Shown here in pieces: positions 1 to 9,819 of a stretch of 39,077 nucleotides of DNA. How positions within the stretch are numbered: position 1 is the first letter of the stretch; every line of letters begins with the position of its first letter. A program made the position numbers and the translations under genes. The stretch is from Kiritimatiellota bacterium (lineage in GTDB: Bacteria; Verrucomicrobiota; Kiritimatiellia; CAIQIC01): the NCBI GenBank assembly GCA_026398385.1, contig JAPLSZ010000253.1, forward strand, positions 1-39,077. Reading direction: 5' to 3'. Below the pieces are notes generated by a model. It saw nothing but the letters and a program-made list of their open reading frames with translations. It ran no database searches and was not told the DNA's origin.

Positions 1-197
1 GGCCAACGGCCCCCGTTGGGGGCCTCTCGGGTTGCGGTCTACCTTGCTGTGCACTGTGAATAGCATGTCGAATAACAACCAAAAAGTGTCAAACGCAAAT
101 CAGGACGTGACACTTCAGCCCCCCCGCATCCCCTCATTCCAAACTTGGCGATCTTCGCAGTGCTATCCACCCAAAGCTTGTTTTTCCGCGAAGATTT

Positions 198-338
198 TTT
201 GACAGGATTAACAAGATTCTACAGGATTGAAATCATCGCCATGCCAGCCAATCCGTCCATAAACTTACCACTTTTCTGAAAATCCTGTTAATCCTGTCCA
301 AATATTCTTTGGTTGCGGCGCTGCCGCGCTAAGCCTTG
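198..338. mobile_element. ~140-bp MITE-like element, copy 1, with imperfect terminal inverted repeats built from 9-mer-like units
   Basis: The left arm TTTGACAGGATTAACAAGATT pairs with the right arm AATCCTGTTAATCCTGTCCAAA. A reverse-complement copy lies at 12566-12706. The element overlaps the miaB stop codon. Confidence 0.7.
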
Positions 339-1687
339 GCGGTTAAATGCTTCGGTTGCGGCTTCACCGCCGCTCCCACGAGCGTGAACGGACCGGCCCA
401 TTCGATTTCGACGTCCGTCAACTGCCCGAGCAGATCTTCCGTGGCCGGGAAGTATACCAGCTTGTACTGGGGCGTGCGACCCCACCAGCGGTCGCGTTTT
501 TCGTCGCGGCCCTCGACCAGCACGCGGACGGTCCGGCCGACATACGCCTGGTGCTTTTCCGTCAGGATGCGCCGGTGCTGGTCTTCCAGCAGCAGGCGCC
601 GTCGCTCCTTTTCGTCGGCCGGCACATCGTCGGGCAGCCGGCGCGCGGCGTAGGTTTCCGGCCGCGGGGAGTAGGGCGCGATGTGCAGGAAGTCGAGGCG
701 CAGCTCTTCCAGCAGCCGGCAGGTGTCCATGAACTGCGCCTCGGTTTCGCCGGGAAAGCCGACGATGATGTCGCTGTTGATGCCGGCATCCGGAAGGCGC
801 TGCCGGATGCGCGCCACCAGTTCCCGGAATTGCCGGACCGTGTAGCCGCGGCGCATGGCCGCCAGCACGCCGTCGTGGCCGGACTGCAAGGGGACTTCCA
901 GATAGGGCTGGACCTTTTCAATCCGCGCGACGGCGTCGAGCAGGCGGTCGGTCACCCATTGGGGGTGGCTGGTGAGAAAGCGGATGCGCCAAATCCCCGC
1001 GATGTGCGCGGCGTCCGCCAGCAGGCCGGCGAGGTCAGCGCCGTCGCCCAGGTCGAGTCCGTAGCGGTCCACGATCTGGCCCAGCAGCGTCACCTCGCGC
1101 ACGCCCTGATCCGCCAGGCGGCGGATTTCCTCCAGGATGTCCTGCGGCGGCCGGCTGCGCTCCGGCCCGCGGCGGTAGGGGATGACGCAGAATGCGTAGG
1201 CGTGCGAGCAGCCCAGCACCGCCGGCACCTGCGCGGTGACGGTGCGGCCCTGCGCGGAGGGCGGCAGCGCGGGCGCGGCGTCGGCGTCCGGCGCGACGCG
1301 TCGCAAGGCTTGGCGGGCCGCCGCGTCGAGGTCGTGGGGGCGCAGTAACTCCAGCAACGCCGCGGGGTCGGACGGCGGGAGGAAGACATCCACGAAGGGC
1401 CATTGCGCGCGCAGGGCCGGGCCGGCCTGGCGGCCGACCAGGCAGCCCATCACGGTCAGGATCAGCTCCGGGCGCCGTTGTTTGAACGCCCGCCAGTTGT
1501 CCAGTACGCGGAGGATTTTATCCTCGGCCTGCTGGCGGATGACGCACGTGTTCATGACGAGCACGTCCGCCGCCTCGGCGCGATCGGTGGGCGTCAGGCC
1601 CAGGCTTTCGAGCTGCGCTGCCAGCCCGCGGGTGTCGGCCGCGTTCATCTGGCAGCCGATGGTCCACAGGTGGTAGGTGCGCGGCAT
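329..1687 (-). CDS. miaB: tRNA-2-methylthio-N6-dimethylallyladenosine synthase MiaB (radical-SAM motif altered to CxxxYxxC)
   Basis: UPF0004 N-terminus (TIGCQMN, NTC, MGC), radical-SAM core (GCSHAYAFCVIPYRRG, RIRFLTSHP, DIIVGFPGET, YSPRPET) and a C-terminal TRAM-like region. ATG at 1687 is chosen over the upstream low-complexity extension. Confidence 0.9.
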   Translation of the reverse strand: MPRTYHLWTIGCQMNAADTRGLAAQLESLGLTPTDRAEAADVLVMNTCVIRQQAEDKILRVLDNWRAFKQRRPELILTVMGCLVGRQAGPALRAQWPFVDVFLPPSDPAALLELLRPHDLDAAARQALRRVAPDADAAPALPPSAQGRTVTAQVPAVLGCSHAYAFCVIPYRRGPERSRPPQDILEEIRRLADQGVREVTLLGQIVDRYGLDLGDGADLAGLLADAAHIAGIWRIRFLTSHPQWVTDRLLDAVARIEKVQPYLEVPLQSGHDGVLAAMRRGYTVRQFRELVARIRQRLPDAGINSDIIVGFPGETEAQFMDTCRLLEELRLDFLHIAPYSPRPETYAARRLPDDVPADEKERRRLLLEDQHRRILTEKHQAYVGRTVRVLVEGRDEKRDRWWGRTPQYKLVYFPATEDLLGQLTDVEIEWAGPFTLVGAAVKPQPKHLTAKA

Positions 1688-1695
1688 CGCGCGGC

Positions 1696-1723
1696 AGTCT
1701 AACCCGCCCGGCCGCGTTTTCAA
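1696..1723 (-). promoter_or_regulatory. Putative sigma70 promoter of miaB
   Basis: Minus strand TTGAAA-N16-TAGACT, ending 8 nt before the ATG; no Shine-Dalgarno. Confidence 0.5.
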
Positions 1724-1770
1724 GGCCGGGCTGCGCCGGCCCTGCGCGGCGCCGGTGGCTCGGGCCCGCG

Positions 1771-2538
1771 TTATATATCCACCAGGCCCTTGCAATCGGG
1801 GTAGCCGGAGCAGCCCCAGAATTGTTTTCCGGCTCTTTGGCCCTTCTGGGCGGTGCGTAGCACCATGGCCTGGCCGCAGGCGGGGCACGCGGGAATGGAA
1901 TCCGGTCGCTCCGACCGATCGGTCGAATCCGACGGATGACCGTTCTTCTTGCGGTTACGTTCAGCGAGGCGGGCGGTGGCCAGTTGCTCGCTGTAGCCGC
2001 CGTCTGCGACAAACTGCGCCTCCAGCGCCGCGATCTGTTTGTCGAGCAGGTAGTTGGTCTGGTTGATCAGGCAGAGCAGGGCATTCGCCCGCAGGGCAGG
2101 GTCCTCATGATCGAGCCAAGGGGCGTAGAGCGCGTGGCGCTGTTCGTCGGAGAGATCCGACGTATCGGCCGGCTCCGTCGGATGGGCCGGATGCTGCTGC
2201 CCGATCCGGCGAACGGCCAGCGCCTCGGGGTCATCCGGTTCCCATTTTCTCAGATGGCGGTGCCGCAAAAAGTCTTCATAGTCGAGCAGCAGTTCCTCCA
2301 GGCTGGAGCGCGCGACGTTGACCAGCCGCAGCTCGGTCTGCGAGGAGGTGGCGGAAGCGCGGCTGCCCTCGGCGATATTTTGCCGGCCACTCCGCGCGGC
2401 TTGGACCATTTGATCGCTCATGCGCGAGCGCGGTTCCAGGTAACGCTCGCAGAACCAGTAGGTGGCATCGTAGATGATAGTGTCTGTTTGAAAGCTGCGC
2501 AACTCGCGATAGCCGCCGCTGGGCCTGAGCTTGGGCAT
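1771..2538 (-). CDS. Four-helix-bundle protein with suffix domain and C-terminal topoisomerase-type C4 zinc ribbon
   Basis: GGYRELRSFQ...DQMVQAARSGRQNIAEGS...EELLLDYEDFLR is the TIGR02436/TIGR04258-like signature. The suffix GGYSEQL and the zinc ribbon CPACGQAMVLRTAQKG...FWGCSGYPDC follow. AGGAG SD precedes ATG 2538. Confidence 0.85.
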   Translation of the reverse strand: MPKLRPSGGYRELRSFQTDTIIYDATYWFCERYLEPRSRMSDQMVQAARSGRQNIAEGSRASATSSQTELRLVNVARSSLEELLLDYEDFLRHRHLRKWEPDDPEALAVRRIGQQHPAHPTEPADTSDLSDEQRHALYAPWLDHEDPALRANALLCLINQTNYLLDKQIAALEAQFVADGGYSEQLATARLAERNRKKNGHPSDSTDRSERPDSIPACPACGQAMVLRTAQKGQRAGKQFWGCSGYPDCKGLVDI

Positions 2539-2548
2539 GGTTGGTCTC

Positions 2549-3606
2549 CTACGTTGCCGACAGGAAGTCGGCAAGCAGCGCGCGGACTTCGGCCGCGACC
2601 GGCCGGGCGAGCAGTTCGGCCACGCGGCGCTGCTGCGACTGAAGGATTTCCGCGCGCAGCGGCTGGTCGTCGAGCACGCGGTGGATCAGCTCGGCGAGTT
2701 CCGGGGCCTTGAGCTCCTCGTAGAGCACGCCGGCCTGGCCCAGCGCTTCGGGCGTGCCGCCGGCGTGGCGCGCGATCACGGGCACGCCGTGGTACATGGC
2801 CTCGACCAGCGGCGCTCCGTAGCCTTCGTGCGCGCTGGTGGAGACGAACACGTCCGCCTGCCGGTAGTACGCGATCAGGCCGGCGGGCGATTCGGCAGAT
2901 CCAGGTCGCCGACCAGCATCTTGAGCATGGTAAAATAACGCGGACAGCTCCGATTGGAACCGACGATGATCAGGCGGCTGAAGGGATTGATCCGGTAATG
3001 ATAAAACGCGAAGGCCCAGATCAAATCCTCCAGGCGCTTGTTCGGCGCGATGCGGCCGATGCACAACAGCGTTTTTAACGCCGCGCGGGCCAGGGCGGTC
3101 ACGCGGTAATCCGGGGTGATATCCATCGGCGCCCGGTCGAAAATCAGCGGGCAGACGCGCACGCCGGGCGTCCCCAGCGTGGTCAGGTCATCGGCATCGT
3201 ATTGCGACACGGCCCAGACCGCGTCGGTGCGCCGGGCGAGCGCGGCGACCTGCGCGTGGGCGTCGGCGAGCTGGCGGGCGACGTCGTCGTCGAACCCGCG
3301 GAAATACTCCGGCGGCGTGATGTTGTGATAGACTAGGATTTTGCGCGCGGCGACGGCGGCGAACGCGTCCGCCGCCGGCGAGGCCAGGCCATAGTGATGG
3401 AGGACCACGTCGCCGGCGCCGCCGGCGTATTCCGCCAGCGGCCGGCAGTCGCCGCGGAGCGTCGGCGAGACGTGCGCCGGATCGGCGAAGATGTCCGCGG
3501 CGTGGCCCCAGCGGCGGAAGAGGTCGCGCAGGATGACAGCCTGACGCGAAATGGCGTCGCCATCGGCATAGCCGGCGAGCAACTGGTCTAGGCGGGGCTG
3601 GTGCAT
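2549..3606 (-). pseudogene. GT4-family glycosyltransferase split by a frameshift near 2890
   Basis: The N-terminal half (YADGDAISRQ, LVYHNITPPEYF, IGRIAPNKRLEDLI) ends at TGA 2875. The C-terminal half (YYRQADVFVSTSAHEGYGAPLVEAM) continues in another frame to 2549. Confidence 0.75.
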
Positions 3607-3643
3607 AAATTGTTTCTTACCACAGAGGTTGCAGAGGAATTAT

Positions 3644-4075
3644 TCATTCTTTCTTTTGTTCCAGAGCGGCGAGACGCTGACGCAATTCGCGCAGTTCCGC
3701 ATCGCGCTGCCGATGTTCGAATTCCAGCGCGCTGGTGTAGAGATGGTTGATCATGTTCTGGCGGCCGGTGACGCGGTTGTGCTGGTAGCGCAGCACCTTC
3801 CACAGCACGGCCTTGATCTGCGCCGCGACAGCGCCGGCGGGCCCCGGTCGGCGCGGGATATCAAACGGCAGCGTGTCCACGTTGTCGCGGTAGCGCAGCA
3901 GCCGCAGCAGTTCGGCGAGGTAGTCGGCCTCGGAGGCCGATTCCCGCAGGCGCAGGGCGCTGATGCTCTCCGGCAGCACGGCGGGCTTCGGGCCGGCGGG
4001 CCGTCCGGCGGCGGCGGCCCGCAGGGCGGCGCCGAGGTCGGCGGTACGATCCTGGCCTGCGATGACGATTTTCAT
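3644..4075 (-). CDS. Hypothetical protein with C-terminal coiled coil, in the polysaccharide export operon
   Basis: ATG overlaps the wzt stop (ATGA). C-terminal heptad pattern RDAELRELRQRLAALEQKKE. Confidence 0.7.
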   Translation of the reverse strand: MKIVIAGQDRTADLGAALRAAAAGRPAGPKPAVLPESISALRLRESASEADYLAELLRLLRYRDNVDTLPFDIPRRPGPAGAVAAQIKAVLWKVLRYQHNRVTGRQNMINHLYTSALEFEHRQRDAELRELRQRLAALEQKKE

Positions 4076-5256
4076 GGCGCGGGTTTTAGCTCCCAGGCGG
4101 TGTTGAGGTGAAAGACGCCCTTGTGTTCCGAGGCGTCCTTGACGATGAATGGATGCAGATCCTCCTGGCGATGGTATTGGACGGCATGATCCCACGAATG
4201 GATGGACAGGGACAGGAAAAACCGGCCCGCCATGAGCGTCAGCGGGTTGATGGTCAGGCGGATTACGCCGTCGCCCGCGACGGCCGCGATCGGATATTGG
4301 GCGATCTGGGTGTTCGAGCCGAAGACATAGAAGCCGTTGCCGGTCTTGAGATTGAACCCGAAGACCGGCTTTTCGACACGGCGCTGGGCGCGGTAGTACA
4401 CCTCGACGGTCAGCGGCTGGCCGGTGGCGAAGGTGACCGCCTCGCGGCCGTCGGCATCGAGCAGCCGCACCTGCCGGATCTCGACCTCCCGGGTGCCGTG
4501 CTCTTCGACATTGAGCTGGCCGAGGCGGACCATATAGGACCGCAGGTAGGCAAAGATCACCTCGCCCGGTTTGCCGCGCTGGATCAGGTGGCCGTCATGG
4601 ATGAGAAAGACCTCGTCGCAGAACTCCTCGACCAGGTCCAGCGCGTGGGACACGAACAGGATGGTCTTGCCGCGCTTCTGAAAGTCGCGGATGCGGTCGA
4701 GGCACTTCATCTGGAAGGCCATATCGCCGACGGCCAGCACCTCGTCAATCAGCAGGATATCCGGGTCCATCTCGATGGCGACGGAGAAGGCCAGGCGGAC
4801 GTACATGCCGCTGGAGTAATGCTTCACCGGCATGTCGATGAATTCGCGCAGGCCGGCGAAATTCACGATCGCGTCGAACCGCTGGCGGACATCCTCGCGC
4901 GGGATGCCGAGGATGGCGGCGTTGAGGAAGACGTTCTCGCGGCCGGAGAGATCGGGATGGAAGCCCGCGCCCAACTCGAGCAGGGAGGAAATCCGGCCCG
5001 TGGCGCGCACCGAGCCTTCCGTTGGCGTGATGGTGCCGGTGACCAGCCCGAGCAGCGAGCTCTTGCCCGAGCCGTTGGGGCCCACCACGCCGATGGTCTG
5101 GCCGCGCGCGACCGTGAAGTTCACGTCGCGCAGCGCCCAGAAGATCTCCGCCGCGCGCCGCACTTCCGCCCGCGACAGCGCGCCGAGCAGCGTGGGCAGG
5201 CCCAGGCTCTGCCGCCGGTAGCACTTGCCGAGATGTTGGGCTTCGATGGCGGTCAT
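4072..5256 (-). CDS. wzt: Polysaccharide ABC exporter ATP-binding protein with Wzt C-terminal domain
   Basis: Walker A GPNGSGKS, YSSGMYVRLAF signature, DEVLAVGD and a ~150-aa C-terminal beta-rich extension. Confidence 0.9.
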   Translation of the reverse strand: MTAIEAQHLGKCYRRQSLGLPTLLGALSRAEVRRAAEIFWALRDVNFTVARGQTIGVVGPNGSGKSSLLGLVTGTITPTEGSVRATGRISSLLELGAGFHPDLSGRENVFLNAAILGIPREDVRQRFDAIVNFAGLREFIDMPVKHYSSGMYVRLAFSVAIEMDPDILLIDEVLAVGDMAFQMKCLDRIRDFQKRGKTILFVSHALDLVEEFCDEVFLIHDGHLIQRGKPGEVIFAYLRSYMVRLGQLNVEEHGTREVEIRQVRLLDADGREAVTFATGQPLTVEVYYRAQRRVEKPVFGFNLKTGNGFYVFGSNTQIAQYPIAAVAGDGVIRLTINPLTLMAGRFFLSLSIHSWDHAVQYHRQEDLHPFIVKDASEHKGVFHLNTAWELKPAP

Positions 5257-6053
5257 AACACGTCGGCGAAAAAGCGTTGCTTCCGTTCAAATACGCGCAG
5301 CACGATCACGCCCGCGAGCAGCGGCCAGAGCCAGCCCGCCACGGCCGCCGCCGTCATGGGCAGCGGCGCGCCGGGCACCTGCAGCGCGCGGTAGGCGGTG
5401 ATGATCAGCGCCATGGGGTTCAGCAGGTACAGGTCGCCGACCCACGGCATGTCCGCCGCCGCGCTGCGCACCAGCTCGAGCGGATACATCACCGGGCTCA
5501 TGAAGAACCACGCGCTCAGGATCAGGCCGGCGAGGTGCGACGTGTCGCGGTAATACACGTTGGCGGCAGAGACCACCAGCGCCAGTTCCAGGTTGAACAG
5601 CGTCTGGTAGAGTATCACGACCGGCAGGGCCAGCGTCCAGCCGCTCAGCAGGGTGTGCTTGTACCACAGGAACAGCGCCACCAGCGGCAGTTGCACAAGC
5701 AGGGTCAGCAGAAAGTTCACCAGCGATGCGAGCACCACGGTCGTCGGCAGGATGATCCGCGGGAAGAACACCTTCTTCACCAGCGTGGCATTGCCCGTAA
5801 AGGCGTGCAGGCCCCCGTTGACGCACTGCGTGGTGAACTGCCAGGCGAAGACGCCGATGATGATGTCCTCCAGGGCAATGCCGCGGCCGCCCAGCAGGCG
5901 CAGGAAGAAAATGTAGATCGCCGCCATGAACAGCGGATTCAGCACCGTCCAGAGGAAGCCCAGCGCCGAACCCTGGTAGCGGCTTTTGAGATCGCGGGCC
6001 ACCAGGTTGGCCACCAGGTCGCGATAGGCGGCTAGTGTGCGGATCAGGTTCAT
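5253..6053 (-). CDS. wzm: Polysaccharide ABC exporter permease
   Basis: [34 protein letters not shown], multiple hydrophobic helices. Its stop overlaps the wzt start. Confidence 0.9.
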   Translation of the reverse strand: MNLIRTLAAYRDLVANLVARDLKSRYQGSALGFLWTVLNPLFMAAIYIFFLRLLGGRGIALEDIIIGVFAWQFTTQCVNGGLHAFTGNATLVKKVFFPRIILPTTVVLASLVNFLLTLLVQLPLVALFLWYKHTLLSGWTLALPVVILYQTLFNLELALVVSAANVYYRDTSHLAGLILSAWFFMSPVMYPLELVRSAAADMPWVGDLYLLNPMALIITAYRALQVPGAPLPMTAAAVAGWLWPLLAGVIVLRVFERKQRFFADVL

Positions 6054-6173
6054 CGGCGCATAGATATAGCGCAATGCGGGGCGGCGGACAAGGCATGGTT
6101 CGGCGTTGAACATTTGCTGTCGCCTCCCGGTCAAAACGCTATACTGCCCATCAGGGCGAAGGGAGCTGAGCGC

Positions 6174-8795
6174 ATGGCCTTGGACAAATTGACGATCAAA
6201 GCGCAGGAGGCGCTGCGGGCCGCGCAGCGTTTGGCGGAGCACCGCCGGCACAGCGAAGTGGACGTGGAGCACCTGCTGTTGGCCCTGATGGAACAAGCCG
6301 ACGGGGTGGTGCCGCCGCTGCTGGACAAGCTCGGCATACCGCCGGAGCCGCTGCGCCGGGCGCTCGACGAGGCGCTCACCGCCCGCGCGCAGGTGGAGGG
6401 CGCGACGGCGGAGCGTCCGCTCTCCGCCGCGCTGCGCCACGCGCTCGATGCGGCCGGCACGCTCGCGGCCAAGATGAAGGACGAGTATATCAGCGCCGAG
6501 CACCTGCTGCTGGCGGTCATCCAGTCGAAAGGCGCGGCGGCCGCCAAGCTGGCGGCGCAGGCGGGCCTGACGGCCGAGGCGGTGCTCCAGGCGCTGCAGA
6601 GCGTCCGCGGCCACCAGCGCGTCACCGACGCCAACCCGGAGGACAAGTACGAGACCCTGAAAAAATACGGCCGCGACCTGACTGCGGCGGCGCGGCAGGG
6701 CCAGCTCGATCCGGTGATCGGCCGTGACAACGAAATCCGGCGCGTGATCCAGGTGCTGTCGCGCCGCACGAAGAACAATCCGGTGCTGATCGGCGAGCCG
6801 GGCGTGGGCAAGACGGCGATCGCCGAGGGGCTGGCCCGGCGGATCGTCGCCGGCGATGTGCCGGAAGGGCTGAAAAACAAGCGCGTGATCGCGCTGGACC
6901 TGGGGGCGATGATCGCCGGCGCGAAATACCGCGGCGAATTCGAGGACCGCTTCAAGGCCTTCCTGAAGGAAGTCACCGGGGCCCAGGGCGAGATCATCCT
7001 GTTCATCGACGAACTGCACACGCTGGTCGGCGCCGGCGGCGCGGAAGGCGCGGTGGACGCCGCGAACATGATCAAGCCGCCGCTGGCGCGGGGCGAGTTG
7101 CGGTGCGTGGGCGCGACGACGCTGAACGAATACCGCAAGTACGTCGAAAAGGATGCGGCCCTGGAACGCCGCTTCCAGCCGGTGCGGGTGGAGGAGCCGA
7201 CCGTCGAGGCGACCGTGGCGATCCTGCGCGGCCTGAAGGAGCGCTACGAGGTGCATCACGGCGTGCGCATCCAGGACGGCGCGCTGGTGGCGGCGGCGAA
7301 GCTGTCGCAGCGCTACATCGCCGACCGCTTTCTGCCGGACAAGGCCATCGACCTGGTGGACGAGGCCGCCAGCCGGCTGCGCATGGAGATCGACAGCCTG
7401 CCGGTGGAAATCGACGAAGTGGAGCGCCGCATCCTGCAGCTCGACATCGAGCGCGCGGCGCTGAAGAAGGACCAGGATGCCGCCGCCCGGGAGCGCCTGG
7501 GCAAGCTGGAGCAGGAGCTCGCCGGGCTGCGCGCGCGCAGCCGGACAATGAAGCTGCACTGGCAGAAGGAGAAGTCCCACATCGCCGAAATCCGGAAGCA
7601 GACCGCCGCCTTGGACGCGCTGCGCGCCGCGGCCGAAAGCGCCAAGCGCACCAACCAGCTCGACCAGGCGGCGGAGATCGTGTATGGCCGCATCCCCCAG
7701 ACCGAGCGGGAGATCAAGCACGCGCAGGATCAGCTGGCGCAGCTGCAGGCGGGGCAGCGGATGCTCAAGGAGGAGGTGGATGCCGAGGACATTGCCGAGG
7801 TGGTTTCGGCTTGGGCCCATATTCCGGTCAGCCGCCTGCTGGAGTCCGAGAAGGAGAAACTGCTGCACATGGAGGAGCGCCTGCATCGCCGGGTGGTCGG
7901 CCAGGACGCCGCCGTGGAGTCCGTCGCCCGGGCCATCCGCCGCGCGCGCTCCGGCCTGCAGGATCCGTACCGGCCCATGGGTTCGTTCATCTTCCTCGGC
8001 CCGACCGGCGTCGGCAAAACCGAACTCGCCCGGGCGCTGGCGGAGTTCCTGTTCGACGATGAGCATGCCCTTATCCGGATCGACATGTCCGAATTCATGG
8101 AGAAGCACACGGTCAGCCGCCTGATCGGCGCGCCGCCGGGCTACGTGGGCTACGAGGAGGGCGGCTACCTCACCGAACACGTCCGCCGCAAACCCTATGC
8201 CGTCGTGCTCTTCGACGAGATCGAAAAGGCGCATGCCGACGTTTTCAACGTGCTGCTGCAGATCCTCGACGACGGCCGGCTGACCGACGGCCAGGGCCGA
8301 ACGGTGGACTTCACCAACACGCTCTGCATCATGACCAGCAATATCGGCGGCGGCGCGATCCACGACATGCTGGAAAAAAATCCGGAAACCTCCCGCGACA
8401 GCAGCGCCTACGAGCAGATGGAAGCCAAGGTCACCGAACTGCTCCGGCAGGTCTTCCGGCCGGAGTTTCTCAACCGGATCGACGAGATCATCATCTTCCA
8501 CAGTCTCCACCGCGCGCAGCTCCAGCAGATCGTGGAAATCCAGATGCAGCGGGTGGACCGCTATCTGGCGGATCGGAACATCACGCTGACGGTGACCGAC
8601 GGGGCCAAGGCGCTGCTGGCGAATGAAGGGTACGATCCAGCCTATGGCGCGCGGCCGCTCAAGCGGGTGATTCAGCGCCGGGTGCTCGACACGCTGGCGA
8701 CGGAAATCCTGAAGGGGACCGTCCGGGACGGCGACCACGTCACAGCCGACGTGGATTCGAAGCACCGCGCCGAACTGAAGATCAGCAGGACCTAG
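6174..8795 (+). CDS. clpB: ATP-dependent chaperone ClpB
   Basis: Two AAA+ modules ([16 protein letters not shown]), a long coiled-coil middle domain, [12 protein letters not shown] and YGARPLKR. Confidence 0.97.
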   Translation: MALDKLTIKAQEALRAAQRLAEHRRHSEVDVEHLLLALMEQADGVVPPLLDKLGIPPEPLRRALDEALTARAQVEGATAERPLSAALRHALDAAGTLAAKMKDEYISAEHLLLAVIQSKGAAAAKLAAQAGLTAEAVLQALQSVRGHQRVTDANPEDKYETLKKYGRDLTAAARQGQLDPVIGRDNEIRRVIQVLSRRTKNNPVLIGEPGVGKTAIAEGLARRIVAGDVPEGLKNKRVIALDLGAMIAGAKYRGEFEDRFKAFLKEVTGAQGEIILFIDELHTLVGAGGAEGAVDAANMIKPPLARGELRCVGATTLNEYRKYVEKDAALERRFQPVRVEEPTVEATVAILRGLKERYEVHHGVRIQDGALVAAAKLSQRYIADRFLPDKAIDLVDEAASRLRMEIDSLPVEIDEVERRILQLDIERAALKKDQDAAARERLGKLEQELAGLRARSRTMKLHWQKEKSHIAEIRKQTAALDALRAAAESAKRTNQLDQAAEIVYGRIPQTEREIKHAQDQLAQLQAGQRMLKEEVDAEDIAEVVSAWAHIPVSRLLESEKEKLLHMEERLHRRVVGQDAAVESVARAIRRARSGLQDPYRPMGSFIFLGPTGVGKTELARALAEFLFDDEHALIRIDMSEFMEKHTVSRLIGAPPGYVGYEEGGYLTEHVRRKPYAVVLFDEIEKAHADVFNVLLQILDDGRLTDGQGRTVDFTNTLCIMTSNIGGGAIHDMLEKNPETSRDSSAYEQMEAKVTELLRQVFRPEFLNRIDEIIIFHSLHRAQLQQIVEIQMQRVDRYLADRNITLTVTDGAKALLANEGYDPAYGARPLKRVIQRRVLDTLATEILKGTVRDGDHVTADVDSKHRAELKISRT

Positions 8796-8817
8796 CTGCC
8801 GGTCGGACGCCGGTCCA

Positions 8818-9792
8818 TCAGGCGGATGGCGGTTTCGCCGCGCTATGTCGGGATCGGCTCTGTCGCGGCGGCCGCTCCCGGGCGCCGGGGAAAAGAAAGT
8901 CCAGGAAATGCCGGGCGACCTCGTCGCCCTCGGGCGGCGAGATGGCCAGGTCCGCGCTGATTTCGATGATCCAGTATTTCTTCCGCCGCCGGTCCACCAG
9001 GAAATCAATCCCCACCACCGGCAGCCGGAACAGGCGGGCGGCGCGCGCGGCCAGCCGGAGCAGCGCAGGGGCGATCGCGCCGGTGATGACCGCGCAGTCC
9101 CCGCCGGTGTGGACGTTACTGGTCAGCCGGACCTGCACGCGTTCGCCTGCGCGGGGCACCCCGGCCAGGCGGCGGCCCAGCAGGGCCAGCTGGCGCCGGG
9201 TCTCGGCGTCGAGCGGTATGCGATGGCCGGGATCGACGCGCGTGGTCCGCCGGTTCTGGCGGCGGATGAGCTGGGCCAGGGTGTGGCGTCCGTCGCCGGT
9301 GACCGCCGCGGGCGTGCGGCGGATGGCGGCCACGCAGTGCGCGTTGACCAGAATCAGCCGCTGGTCCTCGCCTGCGACGCATTGCTCGAGGATCACCGGT
9401 TCCCCGTAGCCGCGCGCGGCGCGCACGGCGCGGCGCAATTCCGCCGCCGTGCGGACATCCACGGCGACGCCGCGTCCGCCCCACTGCGCGGCGGGTTTGA
9501 CCACGAGGGCGCGGTGGCGGGCCAGAAAGCGCCGGGCCCGGGCGAAATCCACGAAAAGCTCCTGCGCCGGCACGGGAAACCCGTGACGGTGGAGCAGGCG
9601 GTTGGCGGCATGCTTGTTCTGGGCCAGGTGGAACGTGGCGGCGCCGACGCGATCGGTGAGCGCATTGTAGCAGCGGACCGACCGGCCGCCCTGCCGCAGC
9701 TCGAAAACGGGCAGCGTGTCGTCCAGCACGCGCACCCGGATGCCGCGGCGCCGGGCCGCGCGGGTGATCGTGGTGGTGTACACCGTGTGCAT
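8818..9792 (-). CDS. Stand-alone ATP-grasp protein resembling the ligase domain of Ngg/cyanophycin synthetase
   Basis: ARRRGI, VVKPAAQWGGRGV, EQCVAGEDQR, VTGDGRHT, NVHTGG, VVGIDFLV and a FLDFLFP tail. GGAGG SD. Confidence 0.75.
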   Translation of the reverse strand: MHTVYTTTITRAARRRGIRVRVLDDTLPVFELRQGGRSVRCYNALTDRVGAATFHLAQNKHAANRLLHRHGFPVPAQELFVDFARARRFLARHRALVVKPAAQWGGRGVAVDVRTAAELRRAVRAARGYGEPVILEQCVAGEDQRLILVNAHCVAAIRRTPAAVTGDGRHTLAQLIRRQNRRTTRVDPGHRIPLDAETRRQLALLGRRLAGVPRAGERVQVRLTSNVHTGGDCAVITGAIAPALLRLAARAARLFRLPVVGIDFLVDRRRKKYWIIEISADLAISPPEGDEVARHFLDFLFPGARERPPRQSRSRHSAAKPPSA

Positions 9793-9819
9793 ACGCCTCC
9801 GGCGTCCGCGGGATAACCC

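Noticed and set aside
8-24. Hairpin GGCCCCC-GTT-GGGGGCC at the window edge
   Set aside because: There is no U-tract and the context is truncated, so it cannot be assigned.
1771-2538. Four-helix-bundle gene as the Avd of a diversity-generating retroelement
   Set aside because: There is no reverse transcriptase and no TR/VR pair with adenine-specific mismatches. The 198/12566 repeat pair is non-coding and its differences are not A-restricted.
5253-9008. 1251-aa minus-strand ORF
   Set aside because: Only the last 266 aa (wzm) are real. The rest is the antisense shadow of clpB, as expected in high-GC coding DNA.
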